This document shows, in pieces, positions 53,647-64,000 of a DNA stretch of 64,000 bases (positions are counted from its first letter, which is position 1; the number at the start of each line of letters is the position of its first letter). A program made the position numbers and the translations under genes. The stretch lies in assembly GCA_964016885.1 (NCBI GenBank), contig OZ024744.1, positions 12,772,001 to 12,836,000 of the forward strand, written 5' to 3'. Source of the DNA: Eledone cirrhosa (taxonomy: Eukaryota). The notes under the pieces were generated by a model. It had not been told where the DNA came from. It saw only the letters and a list, made by a program, of their open reading frames with translations, and ran no database searches.

Positions 53647-54324
53647 TGGTTATTATGTGAATGTTTGTGTGTTTGTGTAAATCATATTTATATATATTTG
53701 TGTGAGTGTATATGTGTTTGTGTGAGTATGCATTTGTGTGAGTATGTGTTTGTGTCTCTTTATTTAGAAAGATACATAGGCAATAGAATTACAAACACAC
53801 ACATCTACACACACACATATATATATAAACACTTAGAAAAAATAATTATTACATACACACACATCTATGTGATGATTGAAGAAGGAAGGGTGAGAAACTA
53901 TAGAAGTCCAGCATTCTAGATTCGTCACAGTTATGTGTTTCTATGTTGGTATCACTTGTGTAAGTGAATGCGAAGGAACCAAGCAACAAACATCTCTTTT
54001 TTTTATAGATATTATAGATACTACAATTAGTCATCATTTTTGATAGCATGGGGCCAGCTAGTAGGACTAATAATACACATAAAAAATGTAGTGCTTTTGG
54101 AATCTCAAAATCTTGGCACCCAGGTAGAAGAAATATTTATGTTAACATATACTTAAATGTATGGTCCCGTAACTCATGCGGGAGTGGTAAGGGTGCCGTA
54201 TTGACAATGTTTCTAGGGCATTTTAAAACCTGGTGGAACCCATCACCTCTCCGGGTCTGAATACAGCAGATTTCTTCCAGAGAGAGAGTGAGATAGTGGA
54301 AGTGAGAAAGAGATATAGAAGAAG

Positions 54325-54395
54325 AATCAACCCCAGTACTAGACTGGTACTTTTTTTATCGACCTGGAATGGATAAAAGGCAAAGTTGGCTTAGT
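54325..54395 (-). mobile_element. SINE fragment (family of 54565)
   Basis: ACTGGTACTTTTTTTATCGACC...GGATAAAAGGCAAAGTT is complementary to 54595-54637. Confidence 0.6.
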
Positions 54396-54564
54396 TTCTA
54401 CATTTCCTTTAGAGATACATTCTTATTGAGGGTAGCAGATATGAAAGAGAGTGCCTTGTGGTACTTAATGGTAGAATGCACTGTAATATTTATTTCATTA
54501 CTTAAATTCAAATTGAGGGTTGTGCATTGAACAAGCTTTATGGTATATAGTTACATCCCTTTAC

Positions 54565-54712
54565 GGTCTGGGTTCAAATCCCGCTGAGGTTAGCTTTACC
54601 TTTCATCCTTACACGGTCGATAAAATAAAGTACCAGTAATTCACTGGGATTTATTTAATTGACTTTCCCTTCCTCCAAAACTGTTGGTCTTGTATCTAAA
54701 TCAGAAACCATT
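54565..54712 (+). mobile_element. tRNA-derived SINE fragment, another family
   Basis: B-box GGTTCAAATCCC followed by CTTTACCTTTCATCCTT...GGTCGATAAAATAAAGTACCAG. Related pieces occur at 54325-54395 and 61425-61510. Confidence 0.7.
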
Positions 54713-54837
54713 ATTTGAATTGAAATTCCAATGAGATGCACTTTACCTTTCATCCTTCTGGAATTGATTAAAGTAATATTAATTAAATACACTTCTTCAC
54801 GCAAGTTTTGTGGGAGTTGGGTAAAAAAAAATGAAAT

Positions 54838-55110
54838 TTACAGCTCACAACCTATGTTTAGCTAACCCCTTAGTGACCTCTGTCCTATCAACACCCTACC
54901 AATGCTTGTTTAGCTAGCCCCTTAGGAGGTTTCTCAAGTATTTTAATTATAGTGACCTCAGTCATATCAACACTCTACATATTGTTACAACTCACACCTA
55001 TGTAGGTTTAACTGGCCTCCTACAAGGTTGTATGTCATAGGTTTCTTGGATGTTTTAATGATAGATGCCAGTCATATCAACACTGTACATAATGTTGTTA
55101 CATGCTGTGT
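54838..55110. repeat. Diverged ~115-120-bp tandem repeat, left part
   Basis: Shares CAGCTCACACCTATGTAGGTTTAGCT, AGGTTTCTCAAGT and CAGTC(C/A)TATCAACAC blocks with 57955-58585. Confidence 0.8.
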
Positions 55111-55124
55111 AGGGGGGTGGGGGT

Positions 55125-57955
55125 GAGATGGAGAGGTGCCTCAACAAGATTACTGACAAGCAAACAGCATAAATACAAGCTTTACTAGATAGGAAATGAC
55201 AATGGAGTAGATGGTGTAGGCATCTTACTAGCTGAGAAATGGATAGATAAGGAGATTGAGGTAGGTAGAGTAAGTTACAGGATTATCAAGCTTAGATTAA
55301 CAGTAGGAAATAGAATGATGACCATTACATCTACCTATGTTCCACATGAAGGACTGAGTAAAGAACAAAAGACAGGTTCTATGAGGAACTTTTACAGACA
55401 ACTTCAGATACTGATAAAGGTGACCTCATCATCCTGGCAAGCAACATCAACAGATATGTGAGGCAGTACTAGGATAGATTCAGTGGAGTTCATGGCAGCT
55501 TCTGTATGGCTCAAGAAATGAAGAGGGATTGAGACTCCTGGAATTCTGTGATGCAAATAAACTAACCATTTGCAACACAAATTTCAGGAAACTAACCAGC
55601 CACTTGATCTCATATCAATCAGGCAAACACAAAAGCCAAAATTGATTTCTTACTTGTTAGACAACAAGATAAACAGACTGTAATAAACACTAAGACCTTC
55701 CCCGGGGAAGAATACACCGCCCAACACAAGTTAGTTATTAGTGACATCAAAATAAATACAAGATAGAACAAGATATGCAGGAAAATATGGAGACGGAGGG
55801 TTTGAAAGCTAAAGGTCTTTTGGGTTAAATATAGGTTTAGAAAGGCCCCATGGGATCATTTGATGAGCTAGATACCTATGACATAGTGGACAACTGGAAA
55901 TTCTTGCATGACAACCTTTTGCAAACTACTGATTAGACATGTGGCTAGAGCAAAGCACCAGCCAGGCAGAGGGTGACTTGGTGGTGGAACAGCACAGTGG
56001 ATAGAGCCATTAAAGACAAGAGACAGGCGTGGAAAGACAGGAAAAATTAGAGTAGCAGAGACTCGTATCAGGTAGCTAAGAGAGAAGCTAGATGACAGGT
56101 ACACACAGCTGAGAGAGGGGCTGAAGAAAAGTTTGCCAGTGTCCTGCGACATAAGGATCAGAGGTGTGACGTGTTCTGCATTGCAAAGCAGTTTGTCAGT
56201 GTGAATCGTGATGTTATTGAGGAAAAGTATGTTAGAAATGATGCTGGTGTATTTAGCACCACTGATTCTTAAAAGAATGAGGGCTGGAAATGTTACTATG
56301 AGAGACTGATGAATGTAGAGAATGAATGGGAGGAGAAGAAACTAGCCCCAACCTACCCATTGAAGTTGACAATTATAGGGTTAAAGAAGCAATCAGAGAG
56401 ATGAAAAATGGTGAAGCTGCAGGACCGTCAGAGATAGTTGCTGGAATGCTAAAAGCATCAGGAGAAGTAAGAGTCAAACTAGTATCCCGTATAGTCAATC
56501 AAGTAATACATGACAGTCATACCCAATGACTGGTGCAGCAGTACAATCATAAATTGCTACAATGGCAAAGCTGATGTTCTAGAAAGGAGCAACTATAGAG
56601 GAAAAAAACTAATGGACCAAGTTATGAAAGTAATGGAAAAAGTTATAGTGCAACTAATTAGAGAAAGAGTCAAATTAAATGAGATGCAGTTTGGTTTCAT
56701 GCCTGGGAAAAGTACTACAGATATCCTCTATTTAGTGAGGCAACTACAAGTTCTTAGCCCAAAATAACCCCCTATACATTGCTTTCATTGAACTAGAAAA
56801 GGCATTTGACAGAGTACTTTGATCTGGTGGTCCTGAAAGAAATTAGGTGTAGAAGAATGGTTGGTGAGAGTAGTGCAAGCTATGTACAGAGGAGCTGTCA
56901 GTAAAGTGAGAGTAGGAAATGACTTTAGTGATAAATTCAAGGTACAAGTAGGAGTTCATCAAGGTTTCATTTCTTGGCCCACTGACGTACATCATAGTTC
57001 TCCAGGCTATAACAAAGGAATTTAAGACCAGCTGCCCATGGGGACTTTTCTGTGTAGATGAGCTAGTGCTTATAGCCAAATTCATTAAAGAACTCGAAAC
57101 TAAGTTCTGGCAATTGAAACAGAATTTGGATTTAAAAGGTCTGAGAGTAGAAGAGAAGATAAGACCCTGATTCCCTCAGGGAAGTGGCCCTGCTCAATAT
57201 GTAGAAAAGAAGTAGACATAAACTCAATACGATGTACACAATGTAAATTTTGGGTACACAAGAGATGTAATGGGATAACAGGTAGACTAACAGGAAGGGA
57301 AGACTTTATATGTAGCAAATGGACAGAGGTAATTGAGGGGAAGCGCGCCAGTGATGTAAACCTATTCCAGTCACAGGAGAAGTTGATAGTTTCTGCTGTC
57401 TAGTCAACATAATTAGTAACAGAGAGAGCATAATATCTAGAATAAGGATAGGATGGAAGAAGTTTAGAGAGCTACTCCCACAGTTGACAACAAAAGGATT
57501 ACTGTATGACACCTGTGTGTGAAGTACGATGCTGCATGGTAGTGAAACATTGGCTGTGACTGGAGGACATGTGTAGAGTGGAGAGAAATGAAACAACCAT
57601 GCTTAGTTGGATGTGCAATGTAAATGTGAGAGAAAAGCAGAGCTTGGATGAGTTGAGGGAGAAACTGGGTTTTTAAGATAAATCCGAGGTGGTGTACAGG
57701 ACAGAAGACTGTTGGTATGGAGATATGATGCACATGGTCAATGATCATTGGGTGAAGAAATGCCAGGAAATGCTAGTGGAAAGAATCCATGGTAGAGGTA
57801 GAGCAAGAAAGACGTGGGTATAGGTTGTGAGAGGTGACCTCAAATAACTGAGCAGCTGACAAAGGAACATGACAAGTGGAGAGATGCAGTGTTGAGAAGG
57901 ACCCGTCACACCCATCCAAGCATGGAAAAATGGACGTAAAAACGATGGTTATGAG
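55125..57955 (+). mobile_element. Old, heavily mutated RTE LINE
   Basis: Fragments of endonuclease (RWRG, GVGILLAEKWIDK, EFCDAN) and RT (AAGPSEIV, NYRG, QFGFMPGKST; YADD decayed), a Cys cluster, and the end ACCCATCCAAGCATGGAAAAATGGACGTAAA. Many stops and frameshifts. Confidence 0.93.
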
Positions 57956-58585
57956 TTCACACCTATATAAGCTTAGCTAGCCCTTTAGGAGGTTTCTCAG
58001 GTGTTTTTATAATTGGAATCCAAGTCTTATCAACACTGTGTATATTGTTACAGCTCACATTTATGTAGGTTTATCTGACCTCTTAGGAGGTTTCTCAAGT
58101 ATTTTAATGCTAGGGACCCCCAGGACTATCAACGCTCTATACATTATTATAGCTTACACTTATGTAGGTTTAGTTGGCCTCCTACAAGGTTGTATCTTAT
58201 ATGAGGTTTCTTGGGTGTTTTAATGATAGGGATCCCAGTCATATCAACACATGTTACAGCTCACACCTATAAAGGTTTAGCTGGCCTCCTACAAAGTTGT
58301 ATTTTATAAGAGGTTTCTCAGGTATTCTGATGATAGGGACTCCAGTTCTATCAACACTACATATTGTTGTTACAGCTCCCACATATGTAGATTTAGCTGG
58401 CCTCCAACAAGGTTGTATCTCTTAGGAGGTTTCTCAAGTGTTTTAATGACAGGTACCCCAGTCCTATCAACACTACATAATGTTGCAGCTCACACTTATG
58501 TAGGTTTAGCTAGCTCACTAGTCTTATCAACACTGCACATATTGTTGTTACAGCTGTAACAATGTGTAGAGTGTTGATAGGACTG
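57955..58585. repeat. Diverged ~115-120-bp tandem repeat, right part (~5 copies) ending in an inversion
   Basis: Repeated GGTTTAGCTGGCCTCCTACAAGGTTGTAT...GAGGTTTCT...TTTTAATGATAGGGA..CCAGTC.TATCAACAC. Confidence 0.85.
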
Positions 58586-58680
58586 GGGGAGACCAACAGC
58601 AAACACGCCTTTGCAGGGAGGCGGCGAAGAGTGCAGCCAACCGCAATGGGGCGCAGGTCCCCGTTGGTCTTGGTGAGACC
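58586..58680 (-). mobile_element. CRE-clade-like non-LTR RT fragment
   Basis: The reverse strand translates GLTKTNGDLRPIAVGCTLRRLPAKACL, matching the K..GG(I/V)RPIAVGxxLRRL motif typical of CRE-type RTs. Confidence 0.7.
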
Positions 58681-59215
58681 AAATTTATATTTTCATTCTT
58701 TATAATTCTTACAGAATGAAAATATACACAAAATAAAATATACAACGTATACATGTTATTATCCACCCAACTGTGTTGTTTTGATCACAAAGAAAGTAAC
58801 TGATAAAACTAAATTTAATATCTTGTTTCATAAATGTTATTTAAAAGCTATTCAAACTCTGATGGGTATTTATTTAATTTTGCTCCCCGTAATCCTCTAC
58901 AAGTTTAAGATTGAGCATGCTTGTAGTTATAACACAAAACAGTGAAATTAAGAATATATCTGGAACTACACTGCTATCAACGTCTGTGAGCAGCATTCGA
59001 ACCACGGCAGCACAGTCTAGTTCGGATATAATATTATATAAATATATATATGTCTGTGTGTATGTGTGTTAGAAAGAGTCAGGACCCGACGGCTGAGCTC
59101 TTGCCGTTTCGATAGCTAGTTCCAGTTATATATATACAAATATCAAATGTTTGTGTTTCTCAATATAAAAGCTCAGTAGACTTTGTCCAGCAGAATTATA
59201 ATTCAAAATTAAAAG

Positions 59216-59262
<47 letters not shown>
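59216..59262. repeat. (TA)n(GA)n compound microsatellite
   Basis: Direct reading of the sequence. Confidence 0.95.
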
Positions 59263-59267
<5 letters not shown>

Positions 59268-59284
59268 CCATATATCCAAGAGAA

Positions 59285-59795
59285 TTCACAGGCCTCAACG
59301 GTCTTTCTTACCGCCTGATGCCGGTCGCTTGGCGCGTCACACGGAGCTAAACCTTATTCTCAAGAGAGCTTTGGGCCTGGCAAACATCCCCTCAATCTTG
59401 GAAACATCTGGGTTGTCCAAAATTAATGGGAAAAGACCTGACGGCCTTACACTGTGCCCCTGGTCGAGAGGCAGATGTCTTGTCTGGGACGTCACAGTTA
59501 GTGACTTTTTTGCTTCTTCCCACATTTTGGAAGCTGTGGTTAGGGCGAGAGCTACAGCCACAGAACAAAATGCTAAAATACCGTCATCTGTCGGCCAACT
59601 ACATTTTCCAGCCTGTGGTGTTCGAGACGTTTGAGGGAGCCGGGCTACTGACAGTGAGGTTCTTATCTTCACTGGCAGCTCGCCAAACAGAGGTAACTGG
59701 TGATGCTCGTGAGGGCACTTGGTTGTTCCAGTACCTCAGCCTCGCCAGCACCCCAGGTAACACAGCGAGTGTGTAGGCCTGCCTCAAAAATTATT
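59285..59795 (+). mobile_element. CRE-clade-like non-LTR 3' fragment with restriction-like endonuclease (frameshifted)
   Basis: RHTELNLILKRAL...GKRPDGLTLCPWSRGRCLVWDVTV, then in another frame KYRHLSANYIFQPVVFETFEG...WLFQYLSLA..GNTASV. These are RH, RPD, D and K..KY motifs of an RLE. Confidence 0.85.
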
Positions 59796-60290
59796 AGAGA
59801 GGTTTCCCAGTGCGCCTCGCTATATTGCTATCTTTTGCTCTGGTAGCGGCTCCGTTGTTGTATGTGGTCCCAGATGTGTTTTTTCTGGGTTTGTTTGTTT
59901 TCCCTCTCCCTTTTCTTTATACTATATTTGTTTGTGTTTTCGCATTATATTATATCTCTTTTTATACAACAGTGAATAAAGTATTACTGTATTGTATATA
60001 TACAAAGCACATATTTCAAAGAGAAATATATACTCTTCTCTAGGATATACGGTCCCCCCTCTCTCTCTAAATATATACATATATCTTTTAATTTTATGTG
60101 TGTGAAAGCCTATGAAAGACTCGTCCACAAATAATACAATGATGTATCATATAGGACTACATTATCTAACGTTTTCTAGATTATATTAAAACATATTTGA
60201 GGGAGATCCATCTTACCCTACCTACCTTGTTCAGTCGATATATATAATCGTTAATAATAGCAATAATGGTTTCTAACAATAATAACTTAC

Positions 60291-60335
60291 ATTCTCTTCA
60301 AGCTTGTGTTTTTTAACTTCCATCGATTTCTTCAT
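60291..60335 (-). CDS. THOC5: Probable THOC5 first coding exon (MKKSMEVKKHKLEEN)
   Basis: ATG at 60335 is preceded by an in-frame TGA. Fifteen Lys/Glu-rich codons follow, then a GTAAGT donor in phase 0, compatible with exon 41865-42014. The exon is short, so homology support is weak. Confidence 0.65.
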
Positions 60336-60720
60336 GTTACCGGTAGTAGTAGTAGTGTTTCAGTAAACCTATTACCAAAGTTGTGACAACTGTGGTTATA
60401 CCGTCAATTTAGATGTCTATAGATATATATAATCCTATGTTATTTCTTTTCTCAAGATAGTAGTGTATGATTTAAAATAACATTTGCTGCTGTTTCTTGT
60501 AGACCATGTAACCACATGTAAGCTCTTTTGTATAGAAATTGATTTCCGGTTTGTAACTTTTGTAAAAATAAGTTTACGATTATCTCCCTTGAGTACGGTG
60601 TTAGTATGCGGTTATCCACCGTGACATTTCTTCCGATAAATTACGTGGCTAATACTTTCGTTTTTAAACAGTCCTGCTTCAGTTGTTATTGTTTACAAAC
60701 GCCCTGATCACATGTAGATG
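60336..60720 (-). promoter_or_regulatory. Candidate THOC5 5' UTR/promoter with ETS-like site
   Basis: Unique sequence upstream of the ATG that retains CpGs. ACCGGAAAT on the minus strand at 60542-60550. Confidence 0.3.
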
Positions 60721-61424
60721 AAGGAATTCTGTCTAATATAACTGAGTTTATTTAAACAATTTTTTCAAGCTATTCCTGAACCTGAGCACTACAACTCGGA
60801 CAAGGCACTTATCCCAGAGATCAAGTCGCCCGTGCATTTGTGGCGGAGGCGGGAGGGAGGTCCACGAACGACCCCCGAACGTCACCTTCCTATTGAGGAA
60901 CCCCCTTTGTTTTAATTTTATTGTTTTGTTTTTTTAACATGGTTAAAATTTGTTTACACGCAAAACCAACACACCAACACACATTCTGTTTTCATCGTGT
61001 ACTGTTATAATGTTTTTTTCATAATGTAAACCCTTTTCTTGATGTAAACATATAGCAATAAAGAGAAATGACGTTCTCAACGAGTATTCTCCACATCCAA
61101 CTAAATACTGGTTCCCGGCCAGTGATATACACTGCCTAATGTAATAATTTTACATTGTTCTGAAAATTATCAATATTTTGGATGGATTTAGTAACTTTCT
61201 CATTATCAAGATAATATGTTTCGAACATAAATTAATAAAGGTTTCTACATAAAATTATGATGTATGTTTTTTATAGATAAATATAAACAACAATAAAAAA
61301 AAAATGTTATTTATTAGAATGCTGTTGAAGTGTGTATTACAAATACATAAATAACATTACAAATGTATAAAAAAAAATATAACATTATAAATAAAAAGAA
61401 ATAGAAAATAATAATTGTTTTTAC

Positions 61425-61510
61425 TTTAGGCACAAGGCCAGCAAATACTCAGTGCATTACTGGTACTTTATTTTGTCAACCCTGTAAGGATGAAAGGCAA
61501 AGTTAACCTT
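61425..61510 (-). mobile_element. SINE fragment (family of 54565)
   Basis: TTTAGGCACAAGGCCAGC...ACTGGTACTTTATTTTGTCAACC...GGATGAAAGGCAAAGTT. Confidence 0.6.
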
Positions 61511-61551
61511 GAAACATAATACAATGCTTACAGAACGAAAGCACAAACGAA

Positions 61552-62231
61552 TCTATATCTATATATAATACTAGCAGTGGTACCCGGCGTTGCACGGGAT
61601 AAGGTATTTTGGAACGCGGGCCGCTATCAGACCTAATCGTGGAAAAACTGCATGTCTGGACAATATGTAAAGAAAATAAACCGAATACACTGATGGCTGG
61701 ATAATCTTTAAGATTTTCCTCGATGAAGCAGGAAAAATGCAGGTTTTCACCTAATGCGGGCCTTAGGTGATCAAGAAAATGAATTTTTTATGTGCATAAT
61801 ATGCTTTGACATTTCGGGAAAATCGGCTAGAGGTAACGCCTCAAAAAGCCCTAAAAAAATGAAGTTTTTCACCTAGGCCATAAAAAAAGTTGGATTTTCT
61901 ATGCTCACGGTATGAAGAAGAAACTGACTAATACATAGTTACAATTTCAAGGAAATCATTCTGACGTAACGCCTCAAAATAACCCTAAAAACCGGAAAAA
62001 ACGCAGTTTTTCACTTAATGTGGGCCCTATGGGATCGAAAAGTCGAATTGTTAATGTGCATAACACTCCCTGAAACACAATTAATACACATGTAAAGTTA
62101 AAAAAAAGTCAGTTAGGTACTTCGAGTTTTAGGGATTCAAACTCACAGACACACAGACAGACATCCTCAGTTTTATATATATAGACTATCAGAAAACCAC
62201 CCGGTGGGCGGTTTTCTGCTAGCAAATCTAG
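61552..62231. mobile_element. Non-autonomous Helitron-like composite element
   Basis: Minus-strand unit 62185-61571: 5' TCTATATATATAAAA, (CTGT)-like repeat, 3' hairpin CCCGTGCAACGCCGGG then CTAG|T. Plus-strand ends: A|TCTATAT at 61552 and hairpin 62190-62218 followed by CTAG|T at 62228-62232. Confidence 0.75.
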
Positions 62232-62689
62232 TGTATATACTGATATTGTTGAGATTTGGATGAGAAATGTTTTCGGCACCACATGTTCACCGTCTCTCGG
62301 TGTGTCTTTTATGCATGTATAAATATATATGTTATCTATACGGTGAAATCTTTGAAATAAATATATGTTAAAACGAAAAAGGAGAAAAAGAGATTAGTGA
62401 CGGAAATATAAACGTTATGATACATAAACGTTATGATATAACGATGGAAATATATCTTCAAATGGTCCTTGGCATGGTGTCAAGTCAGAACCGCCTCGAA
62501 CTGGTTACTTCTGGCTTGTGCAAGGTGTCTCTATAGCAACCAGCGATTCCCTCGGCCTCAGTGACCAAAGTCAGTGGAGAGGGGAAGGTAATGTTTCTAT
62601 AGCGACAGTGTTTCTCATGGTAGTACCAAAGTGGAGAAAGGAAGGGGAAGGTAATATTTCTGTAGCACCTACATTTGAGTTTTAGGGAA

Positions 62690-62690
62690 G

Positions 62691-62744
<54 letters not shown>

Positions 62745-62815
62745 GAAATGCCCATATATTTCTGTGTGTGTATATATATATATATATTACACACACAGAA
62801 ATGTATATATATTTC

Positions 62816-62847
<32 letters not shown>
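62690..62847. repeat. (GACA)n, (TG)n and (TA)n microsatellites with an inverted repeat
   Basis: Direct reading of the sequence. Confidence 0.95.
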
Positions 62848-62848
<1 letters not shown>

Positions 62849-63384
62849 GTAGCGACGCTGGTTGGTCAGTCTAGTCACTACTTCTGATCAGATCCGAGAA
62901 TAGTCCTTAGAAGGACTGTTATCGCATACGGTCTGATCAGATCTGAAGATAGCCCTTTAAAGGACAGTTGTCGCATATAGCCCTTAAAAGAACTGTTGAG
63001 GATGGACAGACGAAAGCACAGGTTGAAAGGACGAAGCAAGGCGAGATGTAAATTCGATCAGTTATTTATTTTCACATGAAGCAACGATACGGGGTACAAG
63101 TCAATGCGTGTGTGAGTGACAAAGCGTGGCAGAGTAAAGGAACAACGATGCGCTAGCTGACTCTGCCAAAAGTCGACTAGCGAAAGTGTTAGGAACCACT
63201 CTATTTATACAGGAACAATCCTTTGTTGTTTAGTCAATGTGTAGGCGTTTATTCTGGTAGGTTCTAATTCTAGTAGGTTCTAATTCTGGTAGGTTCTAAG
63301 GGTTCTTTTGTTTCACGTTGAGTAGCTAGCTAACAGGTAGATGGCGCTGTATATTTCACAGCTGGTATTTACGGTGGCTGTACA
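62848..63384 (-). mobile_element. 3' LTR (537 bp) of an LTR retrotransposon
   Basis: TGTA...TACA termini. On the minus strand it is preceded by a purine-rich tract (AAAAGAACTGGCAGGGGGCTAA) and contains TATAAATA (~63209) upstream of AATAAA (~63070). Internal short tandem repeats are present. Confidence 0.75.
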
Positions 63385-64000
63385 TTAGCCCCCTGCCAGT
63401 TCTTTTGTACAACAAAAGAGCGAAATATCGTATAGGAATGGGCCAGTGGTGCATTTGTCATGACAATAGCCCCAGGATTGTCCAGCACGTTGTGAAATTT
63501 TGTGATCTTCGAGTACAGGACAGAATCGATGTAGAGATGATATGGCAAGATGTGTGTGTCAGGAAGAGAAAAAAGAAATAAACTATAAAATGACTTTGAC
63601 CAGATTTATGCAGGCGTGATGAATGAGCCTGTTGCAATTTCGGTTGAGCTGCCTGTGAATTGCGTGACAAAAAGTCTAACTGGGCAGTGAAGATGTGTGA
63701 ACTGAATGGCCGTAAGCATGCTGCCTAAAGGTAACAGCTTGCTCCACAGCATATGACTTGAGCGAATGCATGTGGTAAAAAAATAGCGAGGCATTCTCGA
63801 GCTATTGAGTGAATGTGTACGTGAAAACAGAAGGCCAGTGTTTTGAGGTTGTGATTTGTGAAATGCGTGATCAAAGAGAAAACATTTTGTAATGTAAGAG
63901 TTAGAGGGACACAAATATCTATTGCTCAGTGTATGAACCAAAAGGTGAAATAAATGTGGTTTTGTAGTGTGCATGAAAAACAGAATATGTACACGCCTTG
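63385..64000 (-). mobile_element. Probable internal 3' region of the LTR element (continues beyond the window)
   Basis: Positional inference from the PPT-LTR junction; no recognisable protein motif. Confidence 0.45.

Noticed and set aside
58586-58680. Structured ncRNA or ribozyme suggested by the AGACCAAC/GTTGGTCT inverted repeat
   Set aside because: Better explained as coding sequence for a CRE-type RT motif on the minus strand.
60780-60905. GC-rich island as an snRNA or exon
   Set aside because: No match to the U1, U2, U11 or U12 motifs I can recall and no convincing splice sites or protein motif; left unassigned.
63606-63974. 122-aa ORF as an env or accessory gene of the LTR element
   Set aside because: No recognisable domain; it cannot be supported from this window.

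Overview
Eukaryotic, repeat-rich animal DNA. The SINE/RTE content looks like an octopod cephalopod (inference). Bases 1-~40,420 are one head-to-tail tandem array of a 48-bp unit (consensus GTGGTCATGTAGGTGTCACAACAAAAAGTACCCAGTCCACACTGTAAA, roughly 840 copies) with nested higher-order duplications. All Cys-rich ORFs in that stretch are read-throughs of the repeat. The array lies in the second intron of a minus-strand THOC5-like gene, whose first two coding exons are at 60335-60291 and 42014-41865. Intron 1 (~18 kb) is filled with RTE-clade LINE copies in both orientations, tRNA-derived SINEs, minisatellites and CRE-like fragments; a hAT-type MITE nested in a SINE lies just downstream of exon 2. 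Upstream of the gene are a composite Helitron-like element and the 3' LTR of an LTR retrotransposon. Main observation: the 48-bp satellite unit is essentially the short hairpin-containing repeat present in 2-3 copies in the 3' UTR of the neighbouring RTE LINEs. It is therefore a LINE-3'UTR-derived satellite that host transcription would read antisense to the LINE, and its common variants look like CpG-deamination products of the LINE ancestor. Family names come from motif recognition only; no database search was run, and many repeat boundaries are approximate.
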